Made by a program: the position numbers and the translations under genes. Below are positions 42,640-54,886 of a stretch of DNA of 64,000 nt, one piece after another; the stretch's first letter is position 1; every line of letters begins with the position of its first letter. The notes beneath the pieces are model-generated. The model did not search any database. It was not told where the DNA came from and was given only the letters and a program-made list of their open reading frames with translations. Origin of the DNA: the human T2T-CHM13v2.0 reference genome, Homo sapiens; the NCBI GenBank assembly GCA_009914755.4, contig CP068257.2, positions 44,480,001-44,544,000 of the forward strand, given 5' to 3'.

Positions 42640-43900
42640 TCTTAGTGGTAGTGGTCCCCCGGGCCCAGCTGTCTTTTCTTCTCTTTGTCTTGTGTCTTTA
42701 TTTCTATAATCTCTCATCTCTACACACGGGGAGAAAAACCCACAGACCCTGTAGGGCTGGCCCCTACACCTCTCTCCCCTCTCTCCCTCTCTCTCCCTCC
42801 CTCTCTCTCCACCTACCTCTCTCCCCCCTCCCTCCCTCCCCTCTTTCCCCCTCTCCCTCTCTCCCCTCTCTCCCCCCTCTCCCCCCTCTCCCTCCCCTTT
42901 CCCCCCTCTCCCTCCCCTTTCCCCCCTCTCCCTCCCTCCCCTCTCTCCCCCCTCTCCCTCCCCTTTCCCCCCTCTCCCTCCCTCCCCTCTCTCCCCCCTC
43001 TCCCTCCCTCCCCTCTCTCCCCCCTCTCCCTCCCTCCCCTTCCCCCCTCTCCCTCCCTACCCTCTCTCCCCCCTCTCCCTCCCTCCCCTCACCCCCCTCC
43101 CTCCCCTCTCTTCCCTCTCCCCCTCTCTCTCCCTCCCTCTCCCTCCCCCTCCCTCCCTCTCCCTCTCTCCCCCCTCCCCCTCTCCCTCTTTCTCCTTCCC
43201 GCTCCCTCTCCCCTTTCTCCCTCTCTCTCCCTCCCCCTTTCTCCTTCCCGCTCCCTCTCTCCCCTTTCTCCCTCTCTCTCCCTCCCCCTCCCTCTCTCCC
43301 CTCTCTCCATCCTCCCCTCTCTTCCTCCCTGTCTCCCCCTCTCCCCCCCCTCCTTCTCTCCCCCCTCTCCCTCTCCCCCCTCCCTCTCTCCCCCTGCCCT
43401 CTCCCCCTCCCTCTCTCCCCCCTCCCCCTCTTCCCCTCCCTCTCTCCCCCTCCTTCTCCCTCTCTCCCCACCTCCTTCTCCCTCTCTCCCCCCCTTTCCC
43501 TCCCTCTCCCTCTCTCTCCCTCCCTCTCCCTCTCCCCCCTCCCCCCTCTCCCTCTCCCCCCTCCCTCTTTCCCCCCTTTCCTTCCTCCCCTCTCTCCCAC
43601 TCTCTGTCCCCCTCTCCCTGTCTCCCCCCTTTCCCTCCTCCCCTCTCCCTCCCTCTCTCCCCCTCTCCCTCTCTCCCCTTTTCCCCCTCCCTCTCTCCCC
43701 CCTCCTCCCTCTGTCTCCCTCCCTCTCTCCCTCCCTCTCCCTCTCTCTCTGTCTCTCCCCCTCCCTCTCTCCCCCTCTCCCTCTCCTCCCCCTCCCTCCC
43801 TCCCCATCCCTCCCTCCCTCTCTCTCTCCGCCATCTGCCTCTCTCCCCACTCTCCCTCTCTTCTCTCTCCCCTCCCTCTCTCTCTCTTTTCTGCCCTTCC
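42640..43900. repeat. 1.25-kb pure polypyrimidine/polypurine (CT/CCCT)n tract
   Basis: ctctccctccctctctcccc... for more than 1.2 kb; produces the artefactual ORFs 42645..43943, 42685..43986 and the Gly/Arg/Glu-rich antisense ORFs. Confidence 0.95.
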
Positions 43901-44556
43901 CTCCTGTCCTCTCCTGGGCTGGAACTGCTTGGGAGCATCCTGACCTTGTCACTGCCCTTTCCCAGGCTCTCTGGCCCCTGCCCTAGGCTCTGAGCACCCA
44001 GCACCCATCTGTGGGCACATCCTGCCAGCTGATGCTCATGTTCCTGTCCCGTTTGGAGGGAGGTGGGGTCACTGCCTGCCTGAGTGGGTGTTATCTGAAG
44101 ATGGTGTTTCTGTCTTATGCTGTGGCTGAAACGGGTCGTCTCTGGCCTGCCTGAGAGCACTCATCACTGTGTTCCTGAGATTCTTGCAGGCCTCCTTTCC
44201 TGGAATTGCAGGCTTCTAAAGAAGGGCCCTGCCTTGCTCCAGGTCTGTGGGGTCCCCCAAGCCTGGGCTCCTGGCTCCCCTGCTGGGAGGGGCCTGTTCC
44301 CTTGTACCGGCTGCCATGGCCTGTGAATGTGGGGTCACCCTGGCCGAACCCTCAAACCCTGCTGGGCCCAAGCACTTGCCGGGGTGAGGGCGGTGCTGGT
44401 GGTCAAGGTCCAGACAGCGGCCAGTGGTGACGCCCTCAGGCCCCTCCTGGTCCCCAGCCCCTCCCCAGCCGGAGGCTGACCCGCTTCTCACTGGGGCCCC
44501 AGCTGGGGGTTCGCTGTTGGTGGGGCCCGGGGAGCCCTGCTGTGGCCGCCACTCAC

Positions 44557-44718
44557 CAGGTAGGCGGTGAAGGCCTCGGCGTCGGCATCCACCAGCGTGG
44601 TTAGCTTGGCCGAAGCCTCGCGGAAGGGCGGGATCAGGCGCCGCATCGTCGTGTCCAGGGACTGGAATTGGCGCCGCCCGTAGGTCATGAGGCCCACCAT
44701 GGAGCCCAGCGCCGCACC
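44557..44718 (-). CDS. FTCD: FTCD exon ([54 protein letters not shown])
   Basis: ORF 44488..45459(-) residues 248-301; tctcgcag|GGTGCG ... TACCTG|gtgagtg checked on the + strand at 44557. Confidence 0.82.
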
Positions 44719-44869
44719 CTGCGAGAGGGGTGGATGTGGGGGTCGCAGGGACCCCAGACGGCCCGGGACCGACCCCAGGAAGAGCCAGGGGCCCGGGTGA
44801 TCCCTGCGGGGGTCCCACCCGTGTGGCCCCCACGTCTCCACCCAGGGCGGCCCCACCGCGCCCTCCCCA

Positions 44870-45200
44870 CCCCGTGCCCTCCCCCCAACAGCGCCCTTCC
44901 CCCTCCCCGCCCTCCCCCCAACAGCGCCCTCCCCCCAACAACTGCGCCCTCCCCTTCCCCCTCCCCGCCCTCCCCCCAACAGCGCCCTCCCCCCAACAAC
45001 TGCGCCCTCCCCTTCCCCCTCCCCGCCCTCCCCCCAACAGCGCCTTCCCCCCACCCCGCGCTCCCCCCAACAGCGCCCTCCCCCCAACAGCGCCCTCCCC
45101 CCAACAGCGCCCTCCCCCCAACAACTGTGCCCTCCCCTTCCCCCTCCCCGCCCTCCCCCCAACAGCGCCGTTCCCCCTCCCCGCCCTCCCCCCAACAACT
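44870..45200. repeat. FTCD: about 33-38-bp C-rich VNTR (cgccctccccccaacagcgccctccccccaacaactgcgccctccccttccccctccccgccctcccc) in the FTCD intron between the 45232 and 44718 exons
   Basis: tandem units; the antisense frame is the GGGRGGG... part of ORF 44488..45459. Confidence 0.85.
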
Positions 45201-45231
45201 GCGCCTCCCCTGCCCCTCCCCCCGCGCTCAC

Positions 45232-45361
45232 CATGGCCGCAGCGGCCGCCGCCACCGAGCCGCCCCCGGGGGCCGCAGAGCGGGCACCCACCTCCCCCAC
45301 GAAGGCGCGCAGGGACTTGCTGCCCAGGCCTCGCTCAGGCCCGCGCTCAGGGACCAGGTAC
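45232..45361 (-). CDS. FTCD: FTCD exon ([43 protein letters not shown])
   Basis: ORF 44488..45459(-) residues 33(third nt)-76; ccctgcag|GTACCTG ... GCCATG|gtgagc. Confidence 0.8.
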
Positions 45362-45679
45362 CTGCAGGGTGGGCGCGGCTCAGCGGGTCTGGCCGGGGTT
45401 GGTGGGGGGAGCGCAGTCCTCCCGGGGCGGCCCCAGGCCCCACGCCCGTCTGCACCCACGGGGAGGTGACCACTCGGCTGAGAACCTGCGGGGACCCGGC
45501 CGGGGTCTCTGTGCCCCCCTCAGCCCCCAGACCCCGGCTTGGCGCAGGCCGAGTAGGCGCCCAAAGGGAGGCGCTGGGAGGACTCAGCCGGGTCTCCACG
45601 CAGGGACCCCAGCGCCCCGCAAGGCCCGAGAGGCAGAGCCCGGGAGGGGTGAGAAGAGGGCGGGAGGGCAGAGGCTCAC

Positions 45680-45741
45680 TCGATGATCCGCTCCTTAGGG
45701 CTGAAGGGGCACAGGGAGTCCAGGCCCAGCCGGCTCACCAC
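45680..45741 (-). CDS. FTCD: FTCD exon (VVSRLGLDSLCPFSPKERII, E split)
   Basis: ORF 45676..46083(-) residues 115-135; ttttccag|GTGGTG ... ATCGA|gtgagc. Confidence 0.8.
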
Positions 45742-47074
45742 CTGGAAAAGGGGCTTGGAGTGGAAACGGCCTCGGCGCGTCTCCACCACCAGGAAAGCCT
45801 CGGAACCCGCGGGTCCCACCCTTGCGGCAGCCGCCCCCTGCCCCGAGCACACAGGTGCTTTTGCGGGGAGCAGGGCAGGGGCGTGGCTGGCACCCCCCAC
45901 CTCTGCCCCGCCAGGAGCCCTGTGGGCCCCGCCCCAGCAGGCACCCCGTACAGGCTTCTGGAAACAGCCATCACCCTGAGTTGCCCTTGGGGAACCTGAG
46001 GCCCAGAGAAAGGAGTTGCCCCCTGGGGACCCCTCAGCAAACTGCTGCTCATGCTTCGCCGCCCCCCAGCACCACTGCCCCATCGCTGACGGGCGGGAAA
46101 GATTTTAATTCACCAAGTCTTCACATCTAACAAGTCCTCAAAAGCTGAGGAACAGCCCCAAGTCACCCACACATAAACTTGTATGCCACAAAAGTGAGTT
46201 TTACCTAAATTCAAAATAAAGTTGTGACAGTCCCATTTAAGATTAGAATTCATTCTGGGAAACCCATTCAGAACACGTTGGCTATGCGACCCCCACCCCA
46301 CCCCACAGAGACGGACAGCAGCCGGGCGGGGTGGAGAGTGCCTCCCCGTGGCATAGAACCAGCAAGCCACAAGGCAAAGCCTCCTTCCGCAGAAAACCCC
46401 AGGAAGATGCCGGGCATTTTAAAGGCCTGGCTAAGCTAGCAGACAGGACATCATTCGAAACCAGACACGACCAGAAAGACGAGTCCGGAAAGGCCTGCCA
46501 GCCTGGAGCTGGGTCTGCCCTGGGGGCAACTGCCCCTCTCTGGCAGCCCCTGATGAGTGGGGGAGGTCTGGGGCCTTCAGAGTGGGGTCCGACTGGAGAC
46601 CCCTGGAAGGTGACACCCCCAAGGATGAATTAGAAACAGCCACCCGCCAGAGGAAACAGTTGAGGTACTTCCCAGTCCCTGCCTTCCCTTTGGGTGAAGC
46701 AGGAAAAAAAAAAAAAATCTCCTGGGAATTCCTAATCACAAGCCACCCTGACAGGGCTGCAGGCCTCACCCGACACCGAATTCACTCTTGTGTGGTTCCA
46801 GAACTCCAAGCCAAAAACTCAGCTTCAGGGGGTCCTGTGAGGCAGTGTCCACAAGCGCCAGCACAAACCCTCCTTGGAGGAGAAAACTTTGAACCCAGGT
46901 GTCCAAGAATTACCATAGATAAAATTCCACAGAGCATGCACTGGCAATCAAAAATCACACAACACAAAGCAAAGCAGCCTCACCACAAGGAGGCAGCACG
47001 CAGCCACGGGCACAGCCAGACCTGTGCAGGCCGCAGGCATGGGGCCCTTCAGGTAAAGAAGACAAAACCCCAGC

Positions 47075-47380
47075 CAGTCACGGTGGCTCACGCCTGTAAT
47101 CCCAGTGCTTTGGGAGGCTGAGGCGGACGGATCACGAGGTCAGGAGTTCAAGACCAGCCTGGCCAAGATGGTGAAACCCCGTCTCTACTAAAAAAAAAAA
47201 ATACAAAAATTAGCCAAGTGCGGTGGCACACGCCTGTAATCCCAGCTACTCGAGAGGCTGAGGCAGAGAACTGCTTCAATCCGGGAGGTGGAGGTTGCAG
47301 TGAGCCGAGATCACACCACTGCACTCCGGCCTGGGTGACAAAGTGAGACTCCATCTCAAAAAAAAAAAAAAAAAAAGAAG
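47075..47380 (+). mobile_element. full-length Alu
   Basis: CACGGTGGCTCACGCCTGTAATCCCAGTGCTTTGGGAGGCTGAGGCGGACGGATCACGAGGTCAGGAGTTCAAGACC...; A-rich tail. Confidence 0.92.
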
Positions 47381-47756
47381 AAGACAAAACGCCACACTGG
47401 AAAGCAGACGGGGCCTCACACATAAGAAGACAAGGAAATGTGGAGAAGCGACAGCTGCTGCTTAGACAGAAAGGATGACGTTGGAATGCTGTCACTGGCT
47501 CCTAAAACTCTGGAATTTCAGTAATAAACAGGTATTTACCTACTCAATACTTTAAACACCTTCAAGTACTCCCCACAACGTATTAATTGCAAAAGGAAAA
47601 ATAGTAACATTGCAGTGAAGGGTCCAGGAGGAAGGGGGTCGCCTTGGCAAGTGACGGGTCCACGTCGGCACCCTGAGAAAATGAGCATCATGGGGAGTCG
47701 GCGTCTCTGAGGAGGACACAATACCATCTATGCTTTTCCTGCCAAAAATGCGTAAC

Positions 47757-48054
<298 letters not shown>

Positions 48055-49534
48055 TTAAAATAAAAATGCACAACTACATCTGGCCACAAGCAACATCAGA
48101 CTAGTCCCCACTGAGGCGCTTTTAAAAGTCTGTCCTTTGAAACTATGTCAAGGTCAATGAAGGACAAGGAAGACAGGAACAGTTGGAAGAAAGGAGAAAA
48201 GGTTGGCTCAGTGCTCTGTGTTACGTGAACTGGATCACGGATTGGAGGAGAAATCGCTATGATGGGAATCACTGGGACACTGAAGCAATTTGATTATGGC
48301 CTGAGGATTATTAGATACTAGGATTGTATCAGTGTTGAATTTCCTGATTTTGATAATTACACTGTGGTTATGTAAGAGAATGTCCCTGTTCTTAAGAAAC
48401 ACAGCCTTAATAAATTAGGGGTAAAAGAGTACAATGTCTTCAACCCAACTTTTAAATAGTCCGGAAAAAAATATAATATGATTATACACAAATAAATGGG
48501 GCAAAATGCAAGCACTTGGAAAATATGGGTGGGAGGCAGGAGTGGAGGGCCACCTGTATCTTCTCTGTAAGAAATTATACAAAATGTAAAGTCACAAAAA
48601 ATTTTGTTAACAGCCAAGAATACAACAGACAAGGCCACAAACGCACCAATGATTGAGGCTGGGTTTTGGAAAACCACTGTGAATCCAGAGGAAAGGAGTG
48701 GAAGAGAAAGTAAAGACGGAGGCAGAGAAGACATCAAAGCTGCTGCAGCATCACGGGGTCCTACAGCTAGAGAACTAAATAACTGGGTCAGCGATCTAAT
48801 AGAAGAAAATATGCCCGAGACTAAACAAGGACGGAATCCACAAGTCACGAGAGCTAAATCAGTAAAAACACAAACAGACAAAACGTCCCCAAAAAATCCA
48901 GTTAAGTGGATTGTGCTTATTGCGAAAAACACACCTAAAACAAAGTGACCTTGAGTGAAAGGACAGACCAAGGCGGACAGCGGCTCTGCAGTGACCTCGA
49001 GTGAAAGGACAGACCAAGGCGGACAGCGGCTCTGCAGACGCTGCCACACCCCAGCAGGACCTGAGGCCCCGGTGGAACCCAGACTCCAGAAGCCTTGAGG
49101 CCCAGGTGTCCACAAGACAAAAGGAATCACTTTCTGAAGGAGCCGCTCCGTGGATGGGGATCTAAGTCCCATAGCTAAAGGCACACACATCCATGAGCTG
49201 CCAGTTCCAGGGGTGCAGGACGCCCCGATGGAGGTGGTGAGAGGAGGCACAGGCCCCTCCACGGGAGCATGGCCGGCCCAGGAGGCAAGACCAAGCAGAA
49301 AGGGTGGGGTGTCCTCTCCGTGGAATTTGCACAGCTGAGCATATCATAGGTCACAAAAAAACCTCAATAAGGTGTCCAAAATAAAAAGTGAAATCTCATC
49401 TTCTGAACACAAGTCAATAAAATGAAGGGGGAGGAGGGGGAGGGAAGCTGCGCCCCAGGGCTGTGAGCTCCGCCACCGCCTCCCCACCCTCCCTGCACGC
49501 CCCTGTCCGACCCTTCCTCGGCAGCCCGGCCCAC

Positions 49535-49666
49535 CAGCCTGATCCGCTGCTCCTCCTCCAGGATGAAGAGGTTCTCCTTCTCGCAGTAGAAGGCGGCCGC
49601 ATCCAGCAGAGCCTTCAGGGGCACCAGGCCCACCAGCTGTGAGCCCACCACTGGGAGGCTCAGCTC
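49535..49666 (-). CDS. FTCD: FTCD exon ([44 protein letters not shown])
   Basis: ORF 49364..49690(-) residues 9-52; ccttggcag|GAGCTG ... AGGCTG|gtgggc. Confidence 0.78.
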
Positions 49667-49803
49667 CTGCCAAGGCACAGGCAGCGTCACCCCCTGGGGG
49701 CTGGCTGGAGAATGGCCCTGGCTGGAGGATGTGGGGCCCCCGCCCTGCCCACGGGACAGATCGGCTCGCCCCTCACAGCAGCAGCGGCTGCTCCCGGGCT
49801 CAC

Positions 49804-49941
49804 CTGTGCTTCTCGGCAGGTCTCCTCGTAGACCGTGTGCAGTGCCGTGACCTCAAAGTCCAGAAGATTGGTGGACACCTGAGCCAGGTTCTTCTCATCC
49901 AGGTACCAGCCAATGCCCTGAACTTTCTTCAGACGTCCTGG
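49804..49941 (-). CDS. FTCD: FTCD exon ([46 protein letters not shown])
   Basis: ORF 49687..49947(-) residues 3-48; cctttgcag|CCAGGA ... GCCCAG|gtgagc. Confidence 0.82.
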
Positions 49942-50974
49942 CTGCAAAGGAAGAGCGTTCCCCAGCCTGGACTAGGAAGCTCATCCTGCCTGGCCCTGCC
50001 AGTCTCTCCTGGCACTTGCATTCCCCAGCTGGACGGGGAGGAGCCTGTGCCTGGGTGGGTGCTGTGGTTCTCCTCCGTCCCTCACTGAGCTGGCCGGGGA
50101 GGGCCAGAGAAACTTCGCTTGCCACAGGGAAACGGAGGCCCCAAGGGTCAGACACCGGAGGCCCACCCCGGCAGGCCCCCGCCCAGCCTAGGCCCTGCCT
50201 TCCAGCCACGCTGTGTCCTAGATGTTGGGGGAATGCTGAGGGGTGGGGCCCCAGGCACCCCCATGCCGTTCTCCCATCCCATCTGCTCCGCTCCCGACAA
50301 GTCCCCTCAGCCCCGCACTTGTCGGGGTGACTGAGTCCACGTGGGGGGACTCTGACCTCTGCCCTTGGCCGGGGCCTAAAGCAGGACTTAGAGGTCCCTG
50401 TGCTTTTGTGCTGAGTCTGCAGGTCGGGAAGCCGGGTCCCAGGACCTTGGCTGTTTGTGGGACCGGGGTCTCTGAGTGGGGAACAGATGGGCAGGTGGTC
50501 CCCCCCGCTTTCTCCGGGTATCTATACCCGGAGTGACGCTCAGACCGGGTGACCACTGCTGTGCAGACGTGGAGGGAAAGGCCTGGGGGCACCTGAAGGT
50601 TTGTAGGGGTGTCGGGGCTCCCAAGGCATCTGGAGGGATATGGGGGGCCCCTGAGGGCACCTGGGACTCCGGAAGTCGCTGTTTCCCAGCAGTATGGAAA
50701 TGCTGCCACATGTTAACAAAGGGAAGTCCTGCCTCGTTCCCTGGAAAATCCCCAGGAGGCCAGAGCTCCCCAGCTTCACTCCGCCCCTGACCTGCCGACC
50801 TGCGCGGTCCCCGCACGGTGTGGACGCGGAGGCTGGGCCGGTCTGCAGGTGGGAGGCCGAACCCTGTCCGGCCGGTGCCCCATCCACCACCGACCTCCCC
50901 GCCTGAGGCTCTCAGCCTCTAACCCTTTCCCGAGGGGCTGGGTGGGGCTCCATGGGGTCAGTGAACGGGGTCAC

Positions 50975-51154
50975 CTGGTCCTTCCCGCGGCCCTGCTCCC
51001 GCAGGTTGAGCGCGATGCGGTGGGCTTGCTCCTTTGTGCCGAGCAGGTTGATGTTAAAAGCAATGAGGAACTTCCTCGCCCCCGTGGCCGTGGCCCCCCA
51101 ACTGGGGACAAAGGAGCTGGGACCAAAGTCGGGCGCCCAGTCGGCCTGCTGGAG
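50975..51154 (-). CDS. FTCD: FTCD exon ([60 protein letters not shown])
   Basis: ORF 50912..51244(-) residues 31-90; ttgctcacag|CTCCAG ... GACCAG|gtgacc. Confidence 0.82.
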
Positions 51155-51308
51155 CTGTGAGCAAGTTCGCTCTGGGGTGAGACATCCCCCACGGGAGGGA
51201 ACAGCCCCCCGGGGTCCCGGGAAGGAGGGGCCCGGCCCAGCCACCCCAGCCAGGACAAAGGGGCAGGTCCACCTCCTTCCCAGGCCCGACCGCCCGGGGT
51301 GGGGGCAC

Positions 51309-51397
51309 CTTCTTAGGGAGGGCCTCGTACTCCCCGGCCCGGATGGCCGGCAGGGTCCGGCGACTGTCCATCCTGGCTGCCTCGCCGTACAGGTAAA
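51309..51397 (-). CDS. FTCD: FTCD exon (V split, [29 protein letters not shown])
   Basis: ORF 51054..51371(-) plus 26 nt upstream in the same frame; ctcctgcag|TTTACCTG ... AAGAAG|gtgccc. Confidence 0.78.
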
Positions 51398-51789
51398 CTG
51401 CAGGAGAGCCCGGCGGTCAGGCCTGGACCGGCAGGGGGTCCAGGACTCAGTTCCTGGAGGACGCAGGTGGAGGGGCTCCCTCCAGCCTAACCCAGGAATG
51501 GGCCTCTACTGCACCCTCTCCTGGGGAGTGCCCGTTCTCCGCCTTGGATGGATGCGGGTGGTCCCAGTGGACCCTCAGTGTGGGCCAGCACCCCTGCCCA
51601 CCCCCTCCTCAGAGGGCCCTGAAAAGGCGAATTGCAGGGTTAGGATGGAACATGTGGGACATGCTAACGGCAGGACGTTCATGCTTCTGTTTTCTTTGTA
51701 TGATAAACAGAACCGCAAGCAACCACATAAATATAACGGCAGAGAAAAGGAAAAACTCGTGAACCCGCACACCAGTGTGACTGTGACGT

Positions 51790-51945
51790 GGGCCCTGCGT
51801 CGGGATTTCCTTCGGGGGGACTGGCATGACCGTGACGGGGGTTACGTGTGCCCTGCATGCCGGCGTGACCGTGACGGGGGTTACGTGTGCCCTGCACGCT
51901 GGCGTGACTGTGACCTACGTCCCTGCCTCGGGATTTCTTTCCAGG
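51790..51945. repeat. about 45-bp tandem repeat x3 (gtgacgggggttacgtgtgccctgca.gc.ggcgtgac)
   Basis: direct tandem copies; MTVTGVTCALHAGVTVTGVTCALHAGVTV in ORF 51826..52029. Confidence 0.8.
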
Positions 51946-52323
51946 AGCGCTGGGTTGGTGCAGCCTAGGGGTGGGTATGCACTTTGTCCCGTTTGTCTCT
52001 GTTTGTTTCATATCATTTTCTTGATTTAGTTAATTTCCCAAAGTGAAATTATTCTGCTCTAGAAGGCGTGGACTTTAAGGCTCTTGGTTTGCCTGTGCAG
52101 CTGCTCTGCGGTGTAGTCTGAGGAGGCCCCGGGCCTGCACGGCCGCAGGCGAGGCTGCGTTTATTTCGGTATTGAGGGAGCTGCGCTTCTGCATGTTGGC
52201 TTTTTGGAACACTCTGCCCTTGCAAGAGCAGTCAAGGGCAGGGAACTGGGGGATACAGAAGGAGCCAATAACCCACACCAATGAGACGGGAGCAGAGTGA
52301 GGGGGGCGGGGGGGCACGCTCAC

Positions 52324-52452
52324 CTGGCACGTCCAGCTCCTCTGCCAGCCTCTGGCCAAAGGCCTGGGCGCAGAGCACACACTCATCCACGCTGACGCCC
52401 CTCACGGGGATGAAGGGGCAGACGTCTAGGGCCCCCATGCGGGGGTGCTCTC
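52324..52452 (-). CDS. FTCD: FTCD exon (G split, [42 protein letters not shown])
   Basis: ORF 52232..52780(-) residues 110-153; tctctgcag|GAGAGCAC ... GTGCCAG|gtgagc. Confidence 0.82.
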
Positions 52453-53565
52453 CTGCAGAGAGACGGCGAGGCCGGGCAGGAGGCCAGGTGTGGGAGCGGG
52501 TGGGAGCTCCACGGGGTTCTCGGACCCTCTGTCCTCTCCGGCCTGGGCAGCCCCCAGTCCACACACCCAGCAAGCTGCTCACACTGACCCACGGGGAGGA
52601 GGCCGGCCCTGGGCGCTCCCAGCCCTGCCCCAGCGGCAGCACCAGCCCTCCCGGGACAACGGAAGTTCCCGCACCGTCCTCCCAGCCAGTGTGGGGGAGG
52701 TCCTTCAGCCCAGGAGCAGCAGCACCTGAGCGGGTGGTCTGGCATCTCTGGGATAAACCTGTCCCTCTCCTAACACTCACAAAAATAACTTTGAAAGGGG
52801 TGCAAAGCTCAGCTCTCAGGCAGCCCCGGCCAGGCCAAGAGGGGGCGCTCGAGGCTGGGTTCCGGCCACCCCAACCCCCTCCCCTGAAGCCGAGAATCCA
52901 CTCTGCGTTTCCAGAGCATTCTTCTCACTAGCTGAGTCCCTCGCTGTGGCTACACCAAGCCGTGGGTCGGCGCCCACCCCAGGGGACGCCAGCCTCCCCC
53001 GCCTTTGCCGCCACCGCCCAGGGCTGGCCACTTAGAGATAAGCTTCTCATCCGTCCACCCCTCAGGATCACTGTGGATCCCTGGCCTCTCATGAGCGGCC
53101 CACAGCCCAGCCCCTGGCCAGCGCCCGTGTGTCCACACACCTTTGGCCCTGCCTGCCCACCGAGGTGTTTGGCTTGTGGGCTGTTGACAGGTCAGCTTTC
53201 AGGCAGCCCTTCCCCCACCAGTGCCTGCTCCAAGACTGGCTCTCAGCCCCCTTGACGAGTGGGCAGGTGGACGGGGCCCACAAACCTTCCCCGGCGTGGC
53301 CCCCTCCCCCCACCCAGCCGTGAAGGTGGCCCGGTGCTGTGGGAGCGTGGCGACCTGGGGGTCCCCCAGAGCACAGCCCTGCAGGCAGGCTGGGGGCCAT
53401 GACCCCCACACTCCAGGGTCCTCCTAGGAGAGCCAGAGCCAGCCCCACTGGACCCCACGTTCCAAGCCTGGGCCCCGGGCCTACCCCCTCTCCCAGGACA
53501 CCAGGACAGGGCTCGGCCCTGACATTCTGAGACACGGCAGCCACAGGAGAGCCCAGAGACCTCAC

Positions 53566-53749
53566 CTTGGTGCCTGCTCATGTCGATAAGTCGGGAAGCT
53601 ACCCGGGCAGCGTTGAGGGCCCCCTCCACCACGCACTCCGGCGGCCCCACGAAGGTGTACACGGTGCGGTTGGTGGAAGGGCCTGCGTCCACATCCAGCA
53701 GCACGCAGCCCGGGGTCTGTGTGATGGCTCCAGAGATGGCGTCGATCAC
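53566..53749 (-). CDS. FTCD: FTCD exon ([61 protein letters not shown])
   Basis: ORF 53243..53773(-) residues 9-70(first nt); tgtcccag|GTGATCGAC ... CACCAAG|gtgagg; checked against the + strand ORFs 53567 and 53580. Confidence 0.85.
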
Positions 53750-54229
53750 CTGGGACACAGGCCCGGCCCCCACACCTCAGTCTCCCCGTTTGAAAGAAGG
53801 AAAAGGAGCTTGGAGGTGGCTGCACCCCGAGACACAAATGGGGGCTGAGGAGGCGGGCCAAGCCTTTGGGGGCTCTCCGACAAGCTGAGCTCCCACCGAA
53901 AGTGCCCGCACACAGCGGCCGCCCGGGAACCCTCACAGCAGCCACAGTCACTCCAGCCCAAGCACGGTCCCCACAAGGGGCTGCAGGTGGTGCCTCCAGG
54001 AGAGACTCACGGGCTCTGCTCCGACAGACAGATGCCAGAGACGTGGCCGGGGATCCAAGAAGGTGACCACAGGCGCAGGTCACAGAGGGGCCGGGACCCC
54101 CACCCCCGAGCAGGGGAGGGACAGATCACCAGCATGGGGGAGGGGCCTGAAGGGCCTAGAACCTTCCGGGTGGCAGGACTGCTGGGAGCAGGGGCTCAGC
54201 CCCAAATCTTGCCCTGTCCCAGGGCCTTG

Positions 54230-54420
54230 GTGCTGGCTGGAATCCCGGCATGACGAGGCCTCCCTGCACCCCTGCGGGTGACCCCTGTGGCCTGGTGCTG
54301 CCCTCTGGGAGGCCTTCCAGGTGGCCCTTAGGGCCTGCATTTGTTCCCGGAGGAGCCTGGACCTCAGGGCTGTGGAAGGCGAGAGGCCGGACCTGGGGGC
54401 CTGCTGCCCCCTCTGTGCCT
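54230..54420. repeat. about 170-bp low-copy duplicate (copy A) in FTCD intron 1, paralogous to 55250..55420
   Basis: gctggaatcc.g.c.tgacgaggcctccctg.acccctgcgggtgaccc..tg.cc.tg.tgcc.tctgggaggccttccagg..gccc.t.gggcctgc.tttgttcc.ggaggagcctggacc shared; the similar peptides in ORF 54080..54340(-) and ORF 55060..55440(-) support the duplication. Confidence 0.8.
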
Positions 54421-54886
54421 ACTTCGTTTTGGGTCCAGTGAGGATGGTGGCTGCAGGGTGGGGGCTCAGCAAGCTAACTCCAGTGGAGATGGAGAGGCGG
54501 CAGTGGGGACCATGCTGGGCCACCTCGTGTGACCTCACACAGCCCTTTCAGTCAGTGGCAGGAGCCCCATTTTCAGGGGGGAGCACCAAGGCCCTTTGAG
54601 GCCCAGAGATCTGCCCAACCCCCCACCGAAAGCACCCGAAAGGCCCCTGAAGCCACAGCCAAGCCTCAGCCCCCACAAGCACCAGTCGTGTTCCACCCAC
54701 CCCTGGGTCAGGCACTCCCCAGGGCCCTGAGCCACGGGATGTCCTTGGGGCCCACGGGCAGCGGCTCTGCCCATCCTGGGAAGACGACCCGGGACACCAA
54801 GCCCACCACCTCCTCCATGGCCTGGGCCTTAGCCACTCAAGCTGCCCCATCAGCCCTAGATGCTTGACCAGCTCCTCGGGCCTCAC

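Noticed and set aside
42645-44160. 432/433-aa Pro/Ser/Leu-rich + strand ORFs and 356/367/287-aa Gly/Arg/Glu-rich - strand ORFs
   Set aside because: These are translations of the 1.25-kb (CT)n/(CCCT)n tract. They have no start context and no complexity, and all frames are open at once.
44216-45999. 302-aa, 323-aa - strand and 443/318-aa + strand ORFs
   Set aside because: Apart from the two FTCD exons embedded in ORF 44488..45459, these read through the C-rich VNTR. The + strand ORFs are antisense to FTCD and are P/A/S-rich low complexity.
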